In this document: in pieces, positions 29,585 to 38,881 of the stretch
Layout of the letters: each line of letters opens with the position of its first letter
Numbering within the stretch: the first letter of the stretch is position 1
Source: Candidatus Omnitrophota bacterium
GTDB lineage: Bacteria > Omnitrophota > Gorgyraeia > Gygaellales > Gygaellaceae
Direction: 5' to 3'
NCBI GenBank assembly: GCA_018400015.1
Contig: JAGYNB010000002.1
Span: 1 to 50,401, forward strand
DNA length: 50,401 nucleotides
Position numbers and translations under genes: made by a program
The notes under the pieces: generated by a model
What the model was told of the DNA's origin: nothing
Seen by the model: only the letters and a program-made list of their open reading frames with translations
Databases searched by the model: none

Positions 29585-30040
29585 ATGAAAGATAAAAAGA
29601 TCATAATCGGTTCTGATCACGGAGGGTTCAAGTTAAAGGAAAAGATAATTGCTTATCTTGGTAAGAAAAACTATAAGGTTAAAGATGTAGGTGCATTTTC
29701 GCAAGATAGATGCGATTATCCCTTGATTGGTTTTGATGTAGCACAGAATGTTTCCAATAATAGATTTAAAAGAGGAATATTGATTTGTACTTCGGGCATA
29801 GGCCAAAGTATCGTGGCTAACAAACTTAAAAACGTACGCGCTGCTTTATGCCATAATAGGGAAATTGCTTGTTTATCCAGAAGGCATAATAATGCCAATA
29901 TCTTAGTATTAGGGCAGAAGTTTACTTCTTTTAACAAGACAAAAGAAATTTTAGATATATGGCTTAAAACTGATTTTGAAGGCGGCCGCCATGCGCGCAG
30001 ATTAAAACAGATTAAAAATATAGAGGAGAGGAAGTTATAA
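29585..30040 (+). CDS. rpiB: Ribose-5-phosphate isomerase B
   Basis: The motifs [14 protein letters not shown] and [15 protein letters not shown] are present, and the 151-aa length fits. Confidence 0.92.
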   Translation: MKDKKIIIGSDHGGFKLKEKIIAYLGKKNYKVKDVGAFSQDRCDYPLIGFDVAQNVSNNRFKRGILICTSGIGQSIVANKLKNVRAALCHNREIACLSRRHNNANILVLGQKFTSFNKTKEILDIWLKTDFEGGRHARRLKQIKNIEERKL

Positions 30041-30041
30041 G

Positions 30042-31283
30042 ATGAAGTTACAAAAAACCGATGGAGAAATTTACAATTGTATACAAAAAGAATTATTAAG
30101 GCAGAATGAGAACTTAGAGCTTATTGCCTCGGAGAATTTTACTTCTTTAGAGGTTTTGCAGGCTCAAGGTTCAGTTCTGACTAATAAATACGCCGAAGGC
30201 TATCCGGGCAGGCGCTGGTACGGAGGATGCGTAAATGTTGACGAGGTAGAATCTTTAGCAATTCAAAGATGTAAACAACTTTTTAATGCAGAACATGCCA
30301 ATGTGCAGGCGCATTCAGGGACACAGGCAAATATGGCGGTTTTTATGAGTTGTTTAAAGGCCAATGATACGGTTTTGGCTATGGACTTAGCAAGCGGCGG
30401 TCATCTTTCTCATGGGCATAAGCTTAATTTTTCCGGGATATTTTATAATGTGATCGGCTACGGTTTAGATAAAAATACAGAAATGATCGATTATGATGAA
30501 GTAGAATCTTTAGCAAAAAAACATAAGCCAAGGCTTATTTTAGCAGGCGCTTCGGCATATCCTCGTTTTATTGATTTCGAGAGATTTCGTAAGATCGCAG
30601 ATTCTGTGGGCGCGGTTCTTTTTGTGGATATGGCGCATATTGCCGGGCTTGTTGCCGCAGGTATTCACCCTGATCCGGTAAAATATTCTGAGTTTGTAAG
30701 TTCCACAACGCATAAGACCCTGCGCGGCCCAAGAGGTGGATTTGTTTTATGCCGCAAGGATTATGCAAAAAAAATCGATGTTAATGTTTTTCCTGGAATA
30801 CAGGGCGGTCCGCTGATGCACGTAATTGCTGCTAAGGCCGTAGCCTTTAAACAGGCGTTAAATGATGAGTTCAAGAATTATCAGAAACAGATTGTTAAGA
30901 ACGCAAAGTGTTTATCCAGTGCTATGTCCGGTTTAGGTTATAGGATTGTCTCCGGCGGAACAGACAATCATCTTCTTTTGGTGGATTTAACCAAAAAAGA
31001 CGTTACCGGTAAAGACGCTCAAGATATGCTTGAGCGCGCCAATATTACGGTTAATAAAAATCTTATTCCTTTTGATACGAAACCCGCTACCTTAACCAGT
31101 GGAGTGCGTCTGGGGACTCCTGCTTTGACTACAAGAGGTATGAAAGAACCCCAGATGGAAAAAATTGCAGAGTTTATCGATAAGGTTATAAGCTCCAAGG
31201 CAAAGGAATCAGTAGTAGCAGAAGTCAAACAAGGCGTTTTAAGGATGTGCAAGGAATTTGTACTTTACCCCGAATTATTATGA
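30042..31283 (+). CDS. glyA: Serine hydroxymethyltransferase
   Basis: The motifs LIASENFTS and the PLP-lysine motif [12 protein letters not shown] are present. Confidence 0.97.
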   Translation: MKLQKTDGEIYNCIQKELLRQNENLELIASENFTSLEVLQAQGSVLTNKYAEGYPGRRWYGGCVNVDEVESLAIQRCKQLFNAEHANVQAHSGTQANMAVFMSCLKANDTVLAMDLASGGHLSHGHKLNFSGIFYNVIGYGLDKNTEMIDYDEVESLAKKHKPRLILAGASAYPRFIDFERFRKIADSVGAVLFVDMAHIAGLVAAGIHPDPVKYSEFVSSTTHKTLRGPRGGFVLCRKDYAKKIDVNVFPGIQGGPLMHVIAAKAVAFKQALNDEFKNYQKQIVKNAKCLSSAMSGLGYRIVSGGTDNHLLLVDLTKKDVTGKDAQDMLERANITVNKNLIPFDTKPATLTSGVRLGTPALTTRGMKEPQMEKIAEFIDKVISSKAKESVVAEVKQGVLRMCKEFVLYPELL

Positions 31284-31738
31284 TAAAGAAAAAAACAAGG
31301 CCAAGTTGGGATGAGTATTTTTCAGATGTAGCGAGATTAGTTTCCACGCGTTCGACTTGTCTTAGAAGAAAAGTAGGTGCGGTTATCGTGCGCGATAAAA
31401 GAATACTGTCTACCGGTTATAACGGTGCGCCTTCAAAGACGAAGCATTGTATTGAAGTGGGCTGTATGCGCGACGAACTGAATATTCCTTCTGGCCAGCG
31501 CCATGAATTGTGCCGCGGCCTGCATGCTGAGCAGAATGCGCTTTTACAAGCCGCGTTATGCGGAATAAGCTTAAAAGACAGCACTATTTATATTACAAAC
31601 CAGCCTTGTATAATCTGTGCAAAGATGATTATTAATGTCGGAATAAAAGAGGTTGTGATTTTAGACAGTTACCCGGATGATTTAGCTAAAGAAATGCTTG
31701 AAGAAGCAAAAGTTAAATTAAGAGTCTTGAATAAATAA
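31280..31738 (+). CDS. dCMP deaminase (ComEB-type cytidine/deoxycytidylate deaminase)
   Basis: The zinc motifs HAEQNAL and PCIICAKMI are present. I prefer the ATG at 31280 (ATGA overlap with the glyA stop) over the ATG at 31247. Confidence 0.9.
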   Translation: MIKKKTRPSWDEYFSDVARLVSTRSTCLRRKVGAVIVRDKRILSTGYNGAPSKTKHCIEVGCMRDELNIPSGQRHELCRGLHAEQNALLQAALCGISLKDSTIYITNQPCIICAKMIINVGIKEVVILDSYPDDLAKEMLEEAKVKLRVLNK

Positions 31739-31739
31739 C

Positions 31740-32240
31740 ATGCGCTGTCCATATTGTGCTCATAAACAGGATAAGGTTGTTGATTCCCGTGAAAGTCTTG
31801 ACGGCGCTCAGGTGAGGCGCCGCAGGGAATGCCTGCGTTGCGGCAATCGTTTTACCACCTATGAATACACCGAAAACGTCCCTTTGATGGTAGTCAAAAA
31901 AGACTCCCGAAGAGAAAGTTTTGACAGAAAAAAAGTTTTATCGGGTCTGCTTAAAGCATGCGAGAAACGTCCGATAAGTGTAGAAAAGTTAGAAGAAATA
32001 GTTTTAAATATAGAACGTTTGATTCAGAAAAAATTCGAACGAGAAGTTCCTAGTGATGTAATCGGTGAGCTGGCTATGGAGAAATTGGCACTTCTTGACC
32101 ATGTAGCATATGTAAGATTCGCTTCAGTTTACAGGCATTTTAAGGATGTTAATCAGTTTACCGAGGAGTTAAACAGCCTTTTTGGAAGGATAAAGTCTAA
32201 AAAGAATTCTAAAACCGCCAAAAGAAAAAGAAAATTATGA
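31740..32240 (+). CDS. nrdR: Transcriptional repressor NrdR
   Basis: It has the zinc ribbon MRCPYC...CLRCGNRFTTYE followed by an ATP-cone. Confidence 0.95.
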   Translation: MRCPYCAHKQDKVVDSRESLDGAQVRRRRECLRCGNRFTTYEYTENVPLMVVKKDSRRESFDRKKVLSGLLKACEKRPISVEKLEEIVLNIERLIQKKFEREVPSDVIGELAMEKLALLDHVAYVRFASVYRHFKDVNQFTEELNSLFGRIKSKKNSKTAKRKRKL

Positions 32241-32638
32241 TCGAAGTCGAATTAAATAAGATTATTTTGGATGAGAAAAGGCATGATCAGATAATCGTTT
32301 TGAAAGAAACCAAAGGCAAAAGGTTTTTACCAATCGTAATCGGTATTGCAGAGGCCTCAGCAATAAAAATGAAAGTCAACAGTATCAATCCTCCTCGGCC
32401 GTTAACACATGATTTGTTAAGCTCGGTTATTGATAAACTTTCGGCAAAGCTTGATTGTGTTGTGATAAATCAGCTTAAGGATAATACCTATTACGCAAAG
32501 CTGCATTTGAAAGATAAAGAGGGCAAGCTTATTGCGGTAGATTCGCGTCCTTCTGATGGTATCGCCTTAGCAGTGAGAAACAATGCCCGGATCTTTGTCG
32601 AAGAACAAGTTTTATCTACTTCTGGCCAGAAAAAGTAA
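32237..32638 (+). CDS. Bifunctional nuclease family protein (DUF151/BFN)
   Basis: The motifs LPIVIG, RPLTHDL and DSRPSDGIALAVR are typical of the family. Confidence 0.85.
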   Translation: MIEVELNKIILDEKRHDQIIVLKETKGKRFLPIVIGIAEASAIKMKVNSINPPRPLTHDLLSSVIDKLSAKLDCVVINQLKDNTYYAKLHLKDKEGKLIAVDSRPSDGIALAVRNNARIFVEEQVLSTSGQKK

Positions 32639-32652
32639 TAATATCTAATCAG

Positions 32653-33126
32653 ATGAAAATCGGTATAATCGCAGATTCCCATGATAATTTGGATAAGCTT
32701 AAAAAAGCCGTGGAGATTTTTAATCTTAATCATGTAAGATTAGTTTTGCATGCCGGTGATTTTATCGCTCCTTTTACAATTCCGTTTATGAATGTTTTAA
32801 AGTGCCAGTATCTGGGCGTATTCGGCAACAATGACGCAGAGATCAAGATCTTAAAGCAAAAATCGAAAGGAAGGATAAAGAAATCGCCTCTGCTGGTAAG
32901 AAAATTCGGCAAAGAAATTCTATTATGCCATGATATCCAGAAAACAAAATTAAAGAAGAAGAAAGTTGATTTGGTTATTTTCGGCCATACTCATTCGCCT
33001 AGTATTTTTCAAAAAGACAAAACCTTATTTGTCAATCCGGGAGAATGCTGCGGTTGGCTTTCGACTAAATCCACAATTGCCATACTTGAAACAAGTGATA
33101 TGTCCTGCCACATTTTAAGGATTTAA
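32653..33126 (+). CDS. YfcE/MJ0936-family metallophosphoesterase
   Basis: The motifs IIADSHDN, HAGD, GNND and GHTH appear in canonical order. Confidence 0.85.
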   Translation: MKIGIIADSHDNLDKLKKAVEIFNLNHVRLVLHAGDFIAPFTIPFMNVLKCQYLGVFGNNDAEIKILKQKSKGRIKKSPLLVRKFGKEILLCHDIQKTKLKKKKVDLVIFGHTHSPSIFQKDKTLFVNPGECCGWLSTKSTIAILETSDMSCHILRI

Positions 33127-33129
33127 TTT

Positions 33130-34554
33130 ATGGATAAAGTAATTAGAGTAGTCAACAGTGATCCTGTTATTAAGAAAATCAAGCTTTTTGCAAAACACAG
33201 AAAAGTTAAGCTTTTTTTAGTTGGCGGCTTTATCAGAGATATTATCTTAAAAAGAAAAAAGGATGTTGTTGATTATGATTTTGCAATTAAACGTAATGCT
33301 ATTAGTTTTGGCCGGAGTGTGGCTAAATATTTAAAATGCGGTTTTGTAGTTTTGGATAAAGCTCATGGAAGTTGTCGGGTTGTCTATAACAAAGAAATTA
33401 GTTTTACATTGGATTTTACGGACTTCCGCGGAAAAACTTTAGATGATGATCTTTCTCTTAGAGATTTCAGGTTGAATGCTTTAAGTATTGACCTTGATAA
33501 TATCAAAAAAGGTATTTATGACCCTTTAAATGGATTAAAAGATATTAAAAGTAAAATTATTCGTTGCTGTTCTGAAAAAAGCATTATTGAAGACCGCGTT
33601 AGGATTTTAAGGGCGTTTAGCCTGTCAGCTATTTTTAATTTTAAGATCGATAATAATGTCATTGTTGAAATTAAAAAGGAAAAGTCGAAACTTGAGCGCG
33701 TTGCCTTTGAACGCGTACGTGATGAGTTTTTTAAGATTCTCGATACTAAGCATTCTTTTAAGATAATCCAGGCGTTGGATAAATTTAAAATCTTACAGAT
33801 AATAATTCCGCAAATTGCGACTTGTTTTAAAGTAGATCAAGGTCCGTACCACCATTTGGATGTATGGCAGCATTCTTTAGCTACCTTTAAAGAAGTAGAA
33901 AATATTCTAAACACTACAAAGAATAAAAAGATAAGAGAGCATATCAATGAAGTTATCGCCCAAGGGAATAAGAGGCGTCAGTTGATGAAACTAGCTGCTT
34001 TATTACATGATATCGGAAAACCAAAAGCAAGAAGAAAAATAAAGAATAAGCTTATTTTTCATGGCCACGAAGCTTTAGGTGCAAGGATTATTCCTGAGCT
34101 GTCTAAACGTTTAAAACTTTCCGTAAAAGAAAATGATTATCTGCGCCGTCTGGTTTGGCTTCATTTAAGGCCGGGCTATCTGGCGGACTTGTCACCTTTA
34201 TCGGAAAGGGCGGTGTTTCGATTCTTCCGCGATGCTAAAAACGAAGCCTTGGATATTTTACTTGTTTCTTTGGCAGATCAGCGTTCGACAAGGGGAAGGC
34301 TTAATACGCGCCAAAGCCGTATAAATCATGAATTGCTTTGCGCTAAGTTGATTAAACGTTTCTTTAAGGATAAACTTTCTAAGCCATTTGTGCGTTTTGT
34401 TGATGGAAACGATATATTAAAACTTGGTGTTCCGGAAGGGCCGGTGGTGGGAATGTTTTTAAAAGAACTGGAAGAGCTTCAGGCAGAAGGAAAAATAAAA
34501 TCAAAACAGCAGGCTTTGAAAAAAGCTGGAGTATTGTTGCGGAAAATAAAATAA
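33130..34554 (+). CDS. cca: CCA-adding enzyme / poly(A) polymerase-family tRNA nucleotidyltransferase with an HD domain
   Basis: The Pol-beta head motif LVGGFIRDIIL is present, along with the HD motif (HHLDVWQHS, LLHDIGKP). Confidence 0.85.
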   Translation: MDKVIRVVNSDPVIKKIKLFAKHRKVKLFLVGGFIRDIILKRKKDVVDYDFAIKRNAISFGRSVAKYLKCGFVVLDKAHGSCRVVYNKEISFTLDFTDFRGKTLDDDLSLRDFRLNALSIDLDNIKKGIYDPLNGLKDIKSKIIRCCSEKSIIEDRVRILRAFSLSAIFNFKIDNNVIVEIKKEKSKLERVAFERVRDEFFKILDTKHSFKIIQALDKFKILQIIIPQIATCFKVDQGPYHHLDVWQHSLATFKEVENILNTTKNKKIREHINEVIAQGNKRRQLMKLAALLHDIGKPKARRKIKNKLIFHGHEALGARIIPELSKRLKLSVKENDYLRRLVWLHLRPGYLADLSPLSERAVFRFFRDAKNEALDILLVSLADQRSTRGRLNTRQSRINHELLCAKLIKRFFKDKLSKPFVRFVDGNDILKLGVPEGPVVGMFLKELEELQAEGKIKSKQQALKKAGVLLRKIK

Positions 34555-34566
34555 AGAGGAGGCGTT

Positions 34567-34836
34567 ATGGAAATTAAAGTTGAGAAGCCTAGTCAAGAAG
34601 AGCTTAAAAAAAGAGGCGTGTTTGATTGGCCAATATGGGAAAAAGAAGTGTCTGATTTTGATTGGTCTTATGATCAAAATGAGCAGTGCTATTTTTTAAA
34701 AGGCCAGGTTACGGTAAAGACTAAAGATGGTCGAAGCGTGAGTTTTGGGCAGGGGGATTTTGTGACTTTTCCTAAAGGTCTTTCCTGTGTTTGGCAAATA
34801 ACGCAAGACGTAAAAAAGCATTATAATTTTTTTTAA
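34567..34836 (+). CDS. Small cupin protein (DUF861/cupin_3-like)
   Basis: 89 aa. The sequence WPIWEKEVSDFDWSYDQNEQCYFLKGQVTV resembles the DUF861 cupin pattern. A GAGGAGG Shine-Dalgarno lies upstream. Confidence 0.7.
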   Translation: MEIKVEKPSQEELKKRGVFDWPIWEKEVSDFDWSYDQNEQCYFLKGQVTVKTKDGRSVSFGQGDFVTFPKGLSCVWQITQDVKKHYNFF

Positions 34837-34841
34837 GGTGA

Positions 34842-35489
34842 ATGCTGAAAATTTCCTGGTCTTTAGCACTTATTGAAAAGATGACAACAAGCTATATTAC
34901 GCCTTCCGTGACTCAGTTTGCCAAAAAAAATGACCCTTTCATAGTTTTAATTTCTTGCATTTTGAGTCTGCGCACTAAAGATAAGACTACAATTTCAGCC
35001 AGCAAAAGATTATTTAAGGTTGCAAAAAATCCGAAAGATCTGAGCAGACTTTCCTTAGATAAAATCAGATCTTTAATCTATCCTGTAAGTTTTTTCCGCA
35101 ATAAGGCAAAGCAGTTAAAACAAATCTCCAAGATAATCGCAGAAAAATACAATAATAAAGTGCCTGATAATCTAAAGCAGTTGCTTTTGTTTAAGGGTGT
35201 GGGAATAAAAACTGCTAATCTGGTTTTGGGTCTGGGGTTTAACAAACCGGCAATATGCGTAGATACGCATGTACATAGGATCAGCAATCGCTTAAAATGG
35301 GTGAATACGAGAAACCCAGAGGAAACTTTATATATGCTTGAGCGTTTATTGCCTAAGTCCAAATGGATAAAACTTAACACTACGCTTGTCAGTTTCGGGC
35401 AGAATATTTGTTTAGCTACATCGCCATTATGTTCTAAGTGTCAGCTGTTTTCAAACTGTCCTAAGAAAGGAGTAAAGAAATGTCGATAA
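34842..35489 (+). CDS. nth: Endonuclease III
   Basis: It has the HhH motif (LLFKGVGIKTANLVL), DTHVHRISNRL and the 4Fe-4S loop CLATSPLCSKCQLFSNC. Confidence 0.92.
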   Translation: MLKISWSLALIEKMTTSYITPSVTQFAKKNDPFIVLISCILSLRTKDKTTISASKRLFKVAKNPKDLSRLSLDKIRSLIYPVSFFRNKAKQLKQISKIIAEKYNNKVPDNLKQLLLFKGVGIKTANLVLGLGFNKPAICVDTHVHRISNRLKWVNTRNPEETLYMLERLLPKSKWIKLNTTLVSFGQNICLATSPLCSKCQLFSNCPKKGVKKCR

Positions 35490-36643
35490 CCAGAATTAAG
35501 GGAATTAATTTCGGAAGCTGGCTATTAATGGAGGGGTATATTTTAGGAGGGCGTAATATTCCAGAGCATAGATTCAAAAATGAATTTGAGAAAATAAACG
35601 GTAAACGGGAGCTAGAAAAGTTTGAGATGCTATTCAGAGATAATTATATCCGCGAAATAGATTTTGAAAATGCATCATTAATGGGTGTGAATACAATCAG
35701 GCTTCCTTTTAATGCACGTTTAGTTGATAAAAGAAATTCTTCCTATGACAAGGAAGGCTTAAACTACGTTAGGAATGCCTTGCGTCTGGCTGAGAAATAT
35801 TCTCTTAAAGTGATTTTAGACTTACATGCGGCAATCGGTGCTCAAAACTGCGATTGGCATGCTGATTCATCCGGTAAGGCGCTTTTCTGGGAAAAATCTT
35901 GTTATAGAGAGCGAGCACTTTGTCTATGGGAGTTTTTGGCTGATACGTTCAAAGATTGCAGGGCATTGGCCGGCTACGATATTTTAAACGAACCGGTTTT
36001 AGAAAGAAGCAAAGTTAAAATACTAGCAAAATTTTATAAAGAATCCGTAAAAAGAGTCAAGGCAATAGATAAAAAACATATCATATTTCTTCAAGGGTAT
36101 GATTGGGGTCAGCAAATAGAATTCTTGAGAGATATTATCGAAGAAAACGTTTGGGTCAGTATTCATACGTATCTGCCGCTTATTTACACGTTTAATTTCA
36201 CGCCGTTTTTAAGGTTTCCCGGGAATATTGAAGGCAGGCGCTGGGATAAAAAAGAAGTCTATCGCTATCTTTCGCCTTATTATAAGTTTGCCCAGAAAAA
36301 CAAAACCCATATTTTTGTTGGAGAATTCGGCATTAACTGGAGAATGAATAATTATGGAGAGATCGATTATTTAAAAGAAATTTTAAATGCTTTTGAGGAT
36401 TTTAAATTTTCCTATACCTACTGGACCTATAAGTGCGTTGCAAGGCATGCTTTTCCTGATGGGGTTTACCAGCTTATTGCTAATGATAAGTTTATAAAAA
36501 GAGAAGGTCCTGTTTATGGGTGGGAAAATTACATTAAAAACTGGAAGAAAAATAAGAAAGATATCATTAATCATTGGCATACAAAAGGTTACACAGCAAA
36601 CAATCAAATTATTGGTTTACTGAAAAAATATTTTAAAATGTAA
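35480..36643 (+). CDS. Glycoside hydrolase family 5-like protein with no signal peptide
   Basis: The sequence GINFGSWLLMEGY, the acid/base motif ILNEPV and the nucleophile motif VGEFG are present. It overlaps nth by 10 nt. Confidence 0.78.
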   Translation: MSITRIKGINFGSWLLMEGYILGGRNIPEHRFKNEFEKINGKRELEKFEMLFRDNYIREIDFENASLMGVNTIRLPFNARLVDKRNSSYDKEGLNYVRNALRLAEKYSLKVILDLHAAIGAQNCDWHADSSGKALFWEKSCYRERALCLWEFLADTFKDCRALAGYDILNEPVLERSKVKILAKFYKESVKRVKAIDKKHIIFLQGYDWGQQIEFLRDIIEENVWVSIHTYLPLIYTFNFTPFLRFPGNIEGRRWDKKEVYRYLSPYYKFAQKNKTHIFVGEFGINWRMNNYGEIDYLKEILNAFEDFKFSYTYWTYKCVARHAFPDGVYQLIANDKFIKREGPVYGWENYIKNWKKNKKDIINHWHTKGYTANNQIIGLLKKYFKM

Positions 36644-36669
36644 ACCTTTTGAAGGGTTTGTTCGTCTAA
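36639..36669 (+). promoter_or_regulatory. Candidate ECF-sigma-type promoter (AAC-N17-CGTC)
   Basis: TGTAAAC (36639-45, overlapping the GH5 stop), 17 nt, then CGTCTAA (36663-69). It is followed by an AAGGAGG Shine-Dalgarno and the ATG at 36696. It resembles the general ECF -35 AAC / -10 CGT pattern. Confidence 0.4.
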
Positions 36670-36695
36670 AGGATGAACGATAAAAAAGGAGGTGT

Positions 36696-37274
36696 ATGAT
36701 GAAAGCAGTAAAAATAGTTTTAATAGCGTTATTAGTTTTATCTTTTGCAGGTGTCAGTTTTGCCTATAAAGGCGGCGGTGGTTCTTCTGTGGAAGGATAC
36801 GGTGTAGGTGAGAAAAGTTATAGAGAAGATGATTCTTATGGTAATAAAGATTTTAGAAAAAGCAAAAGGAAAGATTTTCATGAACAAATGAAGGAATTAA
36901 AAGAAACCGATCCGGGAAAGTTTGAGCAAAAGGTGAGAGAAAAACGTGCCAAAGGAAAAGAATATTTAGAAGAACTTAAGGAAACCGATCCTCAAAGGTA
37001 CCAGGAGGTTATGCGTAATATAGCTCAGAAGCGTAAACGCGATTTAATCAGGTTAAAGAAAGAAAACCCGGAAAAATTCCAGGAGGTAATGGCGCAGCGT
37101 AGGGTACGACTAGAAGAAAAATTGGAAAAACTAAAAACCGAAGATCCTGCTAAATATAAGAAAATTACCGATTACAAAAAGAAAAAAGAAGAGCTTAAGG
37201 AATTGAGAAAAGGGTTGTTGAAAAGTTTTAAAGACAGCGATGAGCAGGAATATATCGAAGACATAGAAGAATAG
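36696..37274 (+). CDS. Secreted, highly charged repeat protein (192 aa), hypothetical
   Basis: It has a signal peptide (IVLIALLVLSFAGVSFA/YK), a Gly run, then four LK(E/K/T)(T/E)(D/N)PxK(F/Y) units. Confidence 0.6.
   Translation: MMKAVKIVLIALLVLSFAGVSFAYKGGGGSSVEGYGVGEKSYREDDSYGNKDFRKSKRKDFHEQMKELKETDPGKFEQKVREKRAKGKEYLEELKETDPQRYQEVMRNIAQKRKRDLIRLKKENPEKFQEVMAQRRVRLEEKLEKLKTEDPAKYKKITDYKKKKEELKELRKGLLKSFKDSDEQEYIEDIEE
36897..37208 (+). repeat. Four tandem in-frame 26-codon repeats inside the CDS
   Basis: Repeat units start at residues L68, L94, L120 and L146: LKETDPGKFEQKV, LKETDPQRYQEVM, LKKENPEKFQEVM, LKTEDPAKYKKI. The period is exactly 26 aa (78 nt). Confidence 0.7.
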
Positions 37275-37287
37275 TTGCCGAATCTTT

Positions 37288-37875
37288 ATGGATGAAAAAA
37301 ACCATCTTAGTCTATTAGTTGAAGGAGTATTAAACAATCAAAGAGCAAGCTTTGATGAACTAGTAGATCTTTTGAAAGATAAGGGGATCAGGGTTGCCTA
37401 TGGTATTGTAGGCAACCTTGAAGACGCAAAAGATGTGCTCCAGGAATCATTTATAAAGATGTACGTGAATATAGGTAAGTTTAACGCGCGTTCAAGTATC
37501 TCCACTTGGTTTTACAGGATTGTGGTTAACAGTTCTTATGATTTTTTAAAGAAGAAAAAGGCAAAAAAACGGATAAAACCAATAAGCATGACCAATGATG
37601 GAGATTTACAGATGGATATAGCTGATCAAAGTTTAATGCCGGATAAAAGATTAACCCAAGATTGCGCTTATTTAGATATCTATATTGATAGGTTGTCGTT
37701 AAAGCAAAAACAAGTAGTCATGTTGCGGTATAAAAGCGGTTTTTCCGTTGATGAGGTTGCGAATATGCTTGGTTGCAAGGCTTCTACTATAAAGGTGCAT
37801 TTATTCCGGGCAATAAACAACTTGCGTAAGGCACTCGAGGCAAATAAAGACAAACAAGGAGAAAAAGATGTTTAG
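37288..37875 (+). CDS. ECF-type RNA polymerase sigma-70 family factor
   Basis: Region 2 reads DAKDVLQESFIKMY...WFYRIVVN. The region 4 HTH reads LSLKQKQVVMLRYKSGFSVDEVANMLGCKASTIKVHLFRAINNLR. Confidence 0.88.
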   Translation: MDEKNHLSLLVEGVLNNQRASFDELVDLLKDKGIRVAYGIVGNLEDAKDVLQESFIKMYVNIGKFNARSSISTWFYRIVVNSSYDFLKKKKAKKRIKPISMTNDGDLQMDIADQSLMPDKRLTQDCAYLDIYIDRLSLKQKQVVMLRYKSGFSVDEVANMLGCKASTIKVHLFRAINNLRKALEANKDKQGEKDV

Positions 37876-38356
37876 GTGTTTGTTTTTGAAATCTAAAATA
37901 AAAAAATATGCTCTTGGTTTATTGAATGATAAGCAAAAAGCTACTATTTCAAACCATATGGAAAGTTGTTCTATTTGCAAAAAAGAACTGGAAAAGGTAA
38001 ATGCGCTTATTGCATCTTTGGAACAAAACAGAGCTTTAATAATAAATAATGATTTCTGGCACAGGTTTAAAGTGGGGTTAGATGATAAGTTAAATAATGT
38101 ATTACTTGGGTCTAATAAGAAGTTTGTTATAAGACAGCGGCAATTTAAGCCTGTTTTGGCTTATGTAGCTATAGCAGTATTATTATTTTTAAGCCTGCCT
38201 ATTGCAGGTAATGGTCTAAAAAAGTGGCAAGAAGCTTCAGATGTGAGATTCAGCAACGAATTTTATACAATAGAAGAATTAACCAATAATAGGGTATTTA
38301 ACGGTAATACTTTTGCCTATATTGACGAGATCGACCTAATTCTAGACCTTTCTTAA
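37868..38356 (+). CDS. Anti-sigma factor (zf-HC2 type), single-pass membrane protein
   Basis: It has the HxxxCxxC motif (HMESCSICKKEL) and a TM helix (VLAYVAIAVLLFLSLPIAG). It overlaps the sigma gene by 8 nt. Confidence 0.75.
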   Translation: MFRCLFLKSKIKKYALGLLNDKQKATISNHMESCSICKKELEKVNALIASLEQNRALIINNDFWHRFKVGLDDKLNNVLLGSNKKFVIRQRQFKPVLAYVAIAVLLFLSLPIAGNGLKKWQEASDVRFSNEFYTIEELTNNRVFNGNTFAYIDEIDLILDLS

Positions 38357-38391
38357 AATATTTTTTATTTTTTTTCTCCCTTCAAAAAACA

Positions 38392-38420
38392 TTGCTAGCG
38401 TTACTCGCTTGTGATATCAT
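38392..38420 (+). promoter_or_regulatory. Candidate sigma70 promoter with an extended -10, upstream of yjbQ-like gene
   Basis: TTGCTA (38392-97), a 17-nt spacer ending in TGA, then TATCAT (38415-20). Confidence 0.45.
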
Positions 38421-38457
38421 TAGTAGAAGATAAATTACCTTCCCAATATATAAATAT

Positions 38458-38874
38458 ATGAAAAGTTTTACCCAATATTTAACGTTTAATACTAAATCCA
38501 GGCAGGAGTTTATTAATATTACTGGTAACGTAGAGGACATTTTAAGACAAAGTTGCATACAGGAAGGCCTCTGTCTTGTTAGTGCCATGCATATAACGGC
38601 AAGCGTATTTATAAATGATGATGAAGAAGGGTTGCATGATGATTTTTTTTCGTTTTTAGAGCGTTTGATTCCTTATGGTAAGGATAAATATAAACATAAT
38701 CTGACCATGGAAGATAATGGCGATAGTCATATTAAACGCACGATCATGGGCAGGGAAGTTGTTGTGGCGGTTACTAAAGGCAAGCTTGATTTTGGGCCAT
38801 GGGAACAGATATTCTACGGTGAGTTCGATGGCAGGCGTAAAAAAAGAGTTTTGGTAAAAATTATTGGTGAATAA
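38458..38874 (+). CDS. YjbQ/UPF0047-family protein (secondary thiamine-phosphate synthase family)
   Basis: The motifs [27 protein letters not shown] and [15 protein letters not shown] are present. Confidence 0.87.
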   Translation: MKSFTQYLTFNTKSRQEFINITGNVEDILRQSCIQEGLCLVSAMHITASVFINDDEEGLHDDFFSFLERLIPYGKDKYKHNLTMEDNGDSHIKRTIMGREVVVAVTKGKLDFGPWEQIFYGEFDGRRKKRVLVKIIGE

Positions 38875-38881
38875 AAGTGTT

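Noticed and set aside
31247-31279. The upstream ATG extending dCMP deaminase by 11 aa.
   Set aside because: It lies inside the glyA 3' end. The ATG at 31280 gives an ATGA stop/start overlap, the pattern used repeatedly in this window.
36644-36680. Two weak hairpins (aaaccttttgaagggttt and gttcgtctaaaggatgaac) after the GH5 gene, considered as a terminator.
   Set aside because: The stems contain G-U pairs, are short, and are not followed by a T-tract. The same bases fit an ECF-type promoter better, although neither reading is proven.
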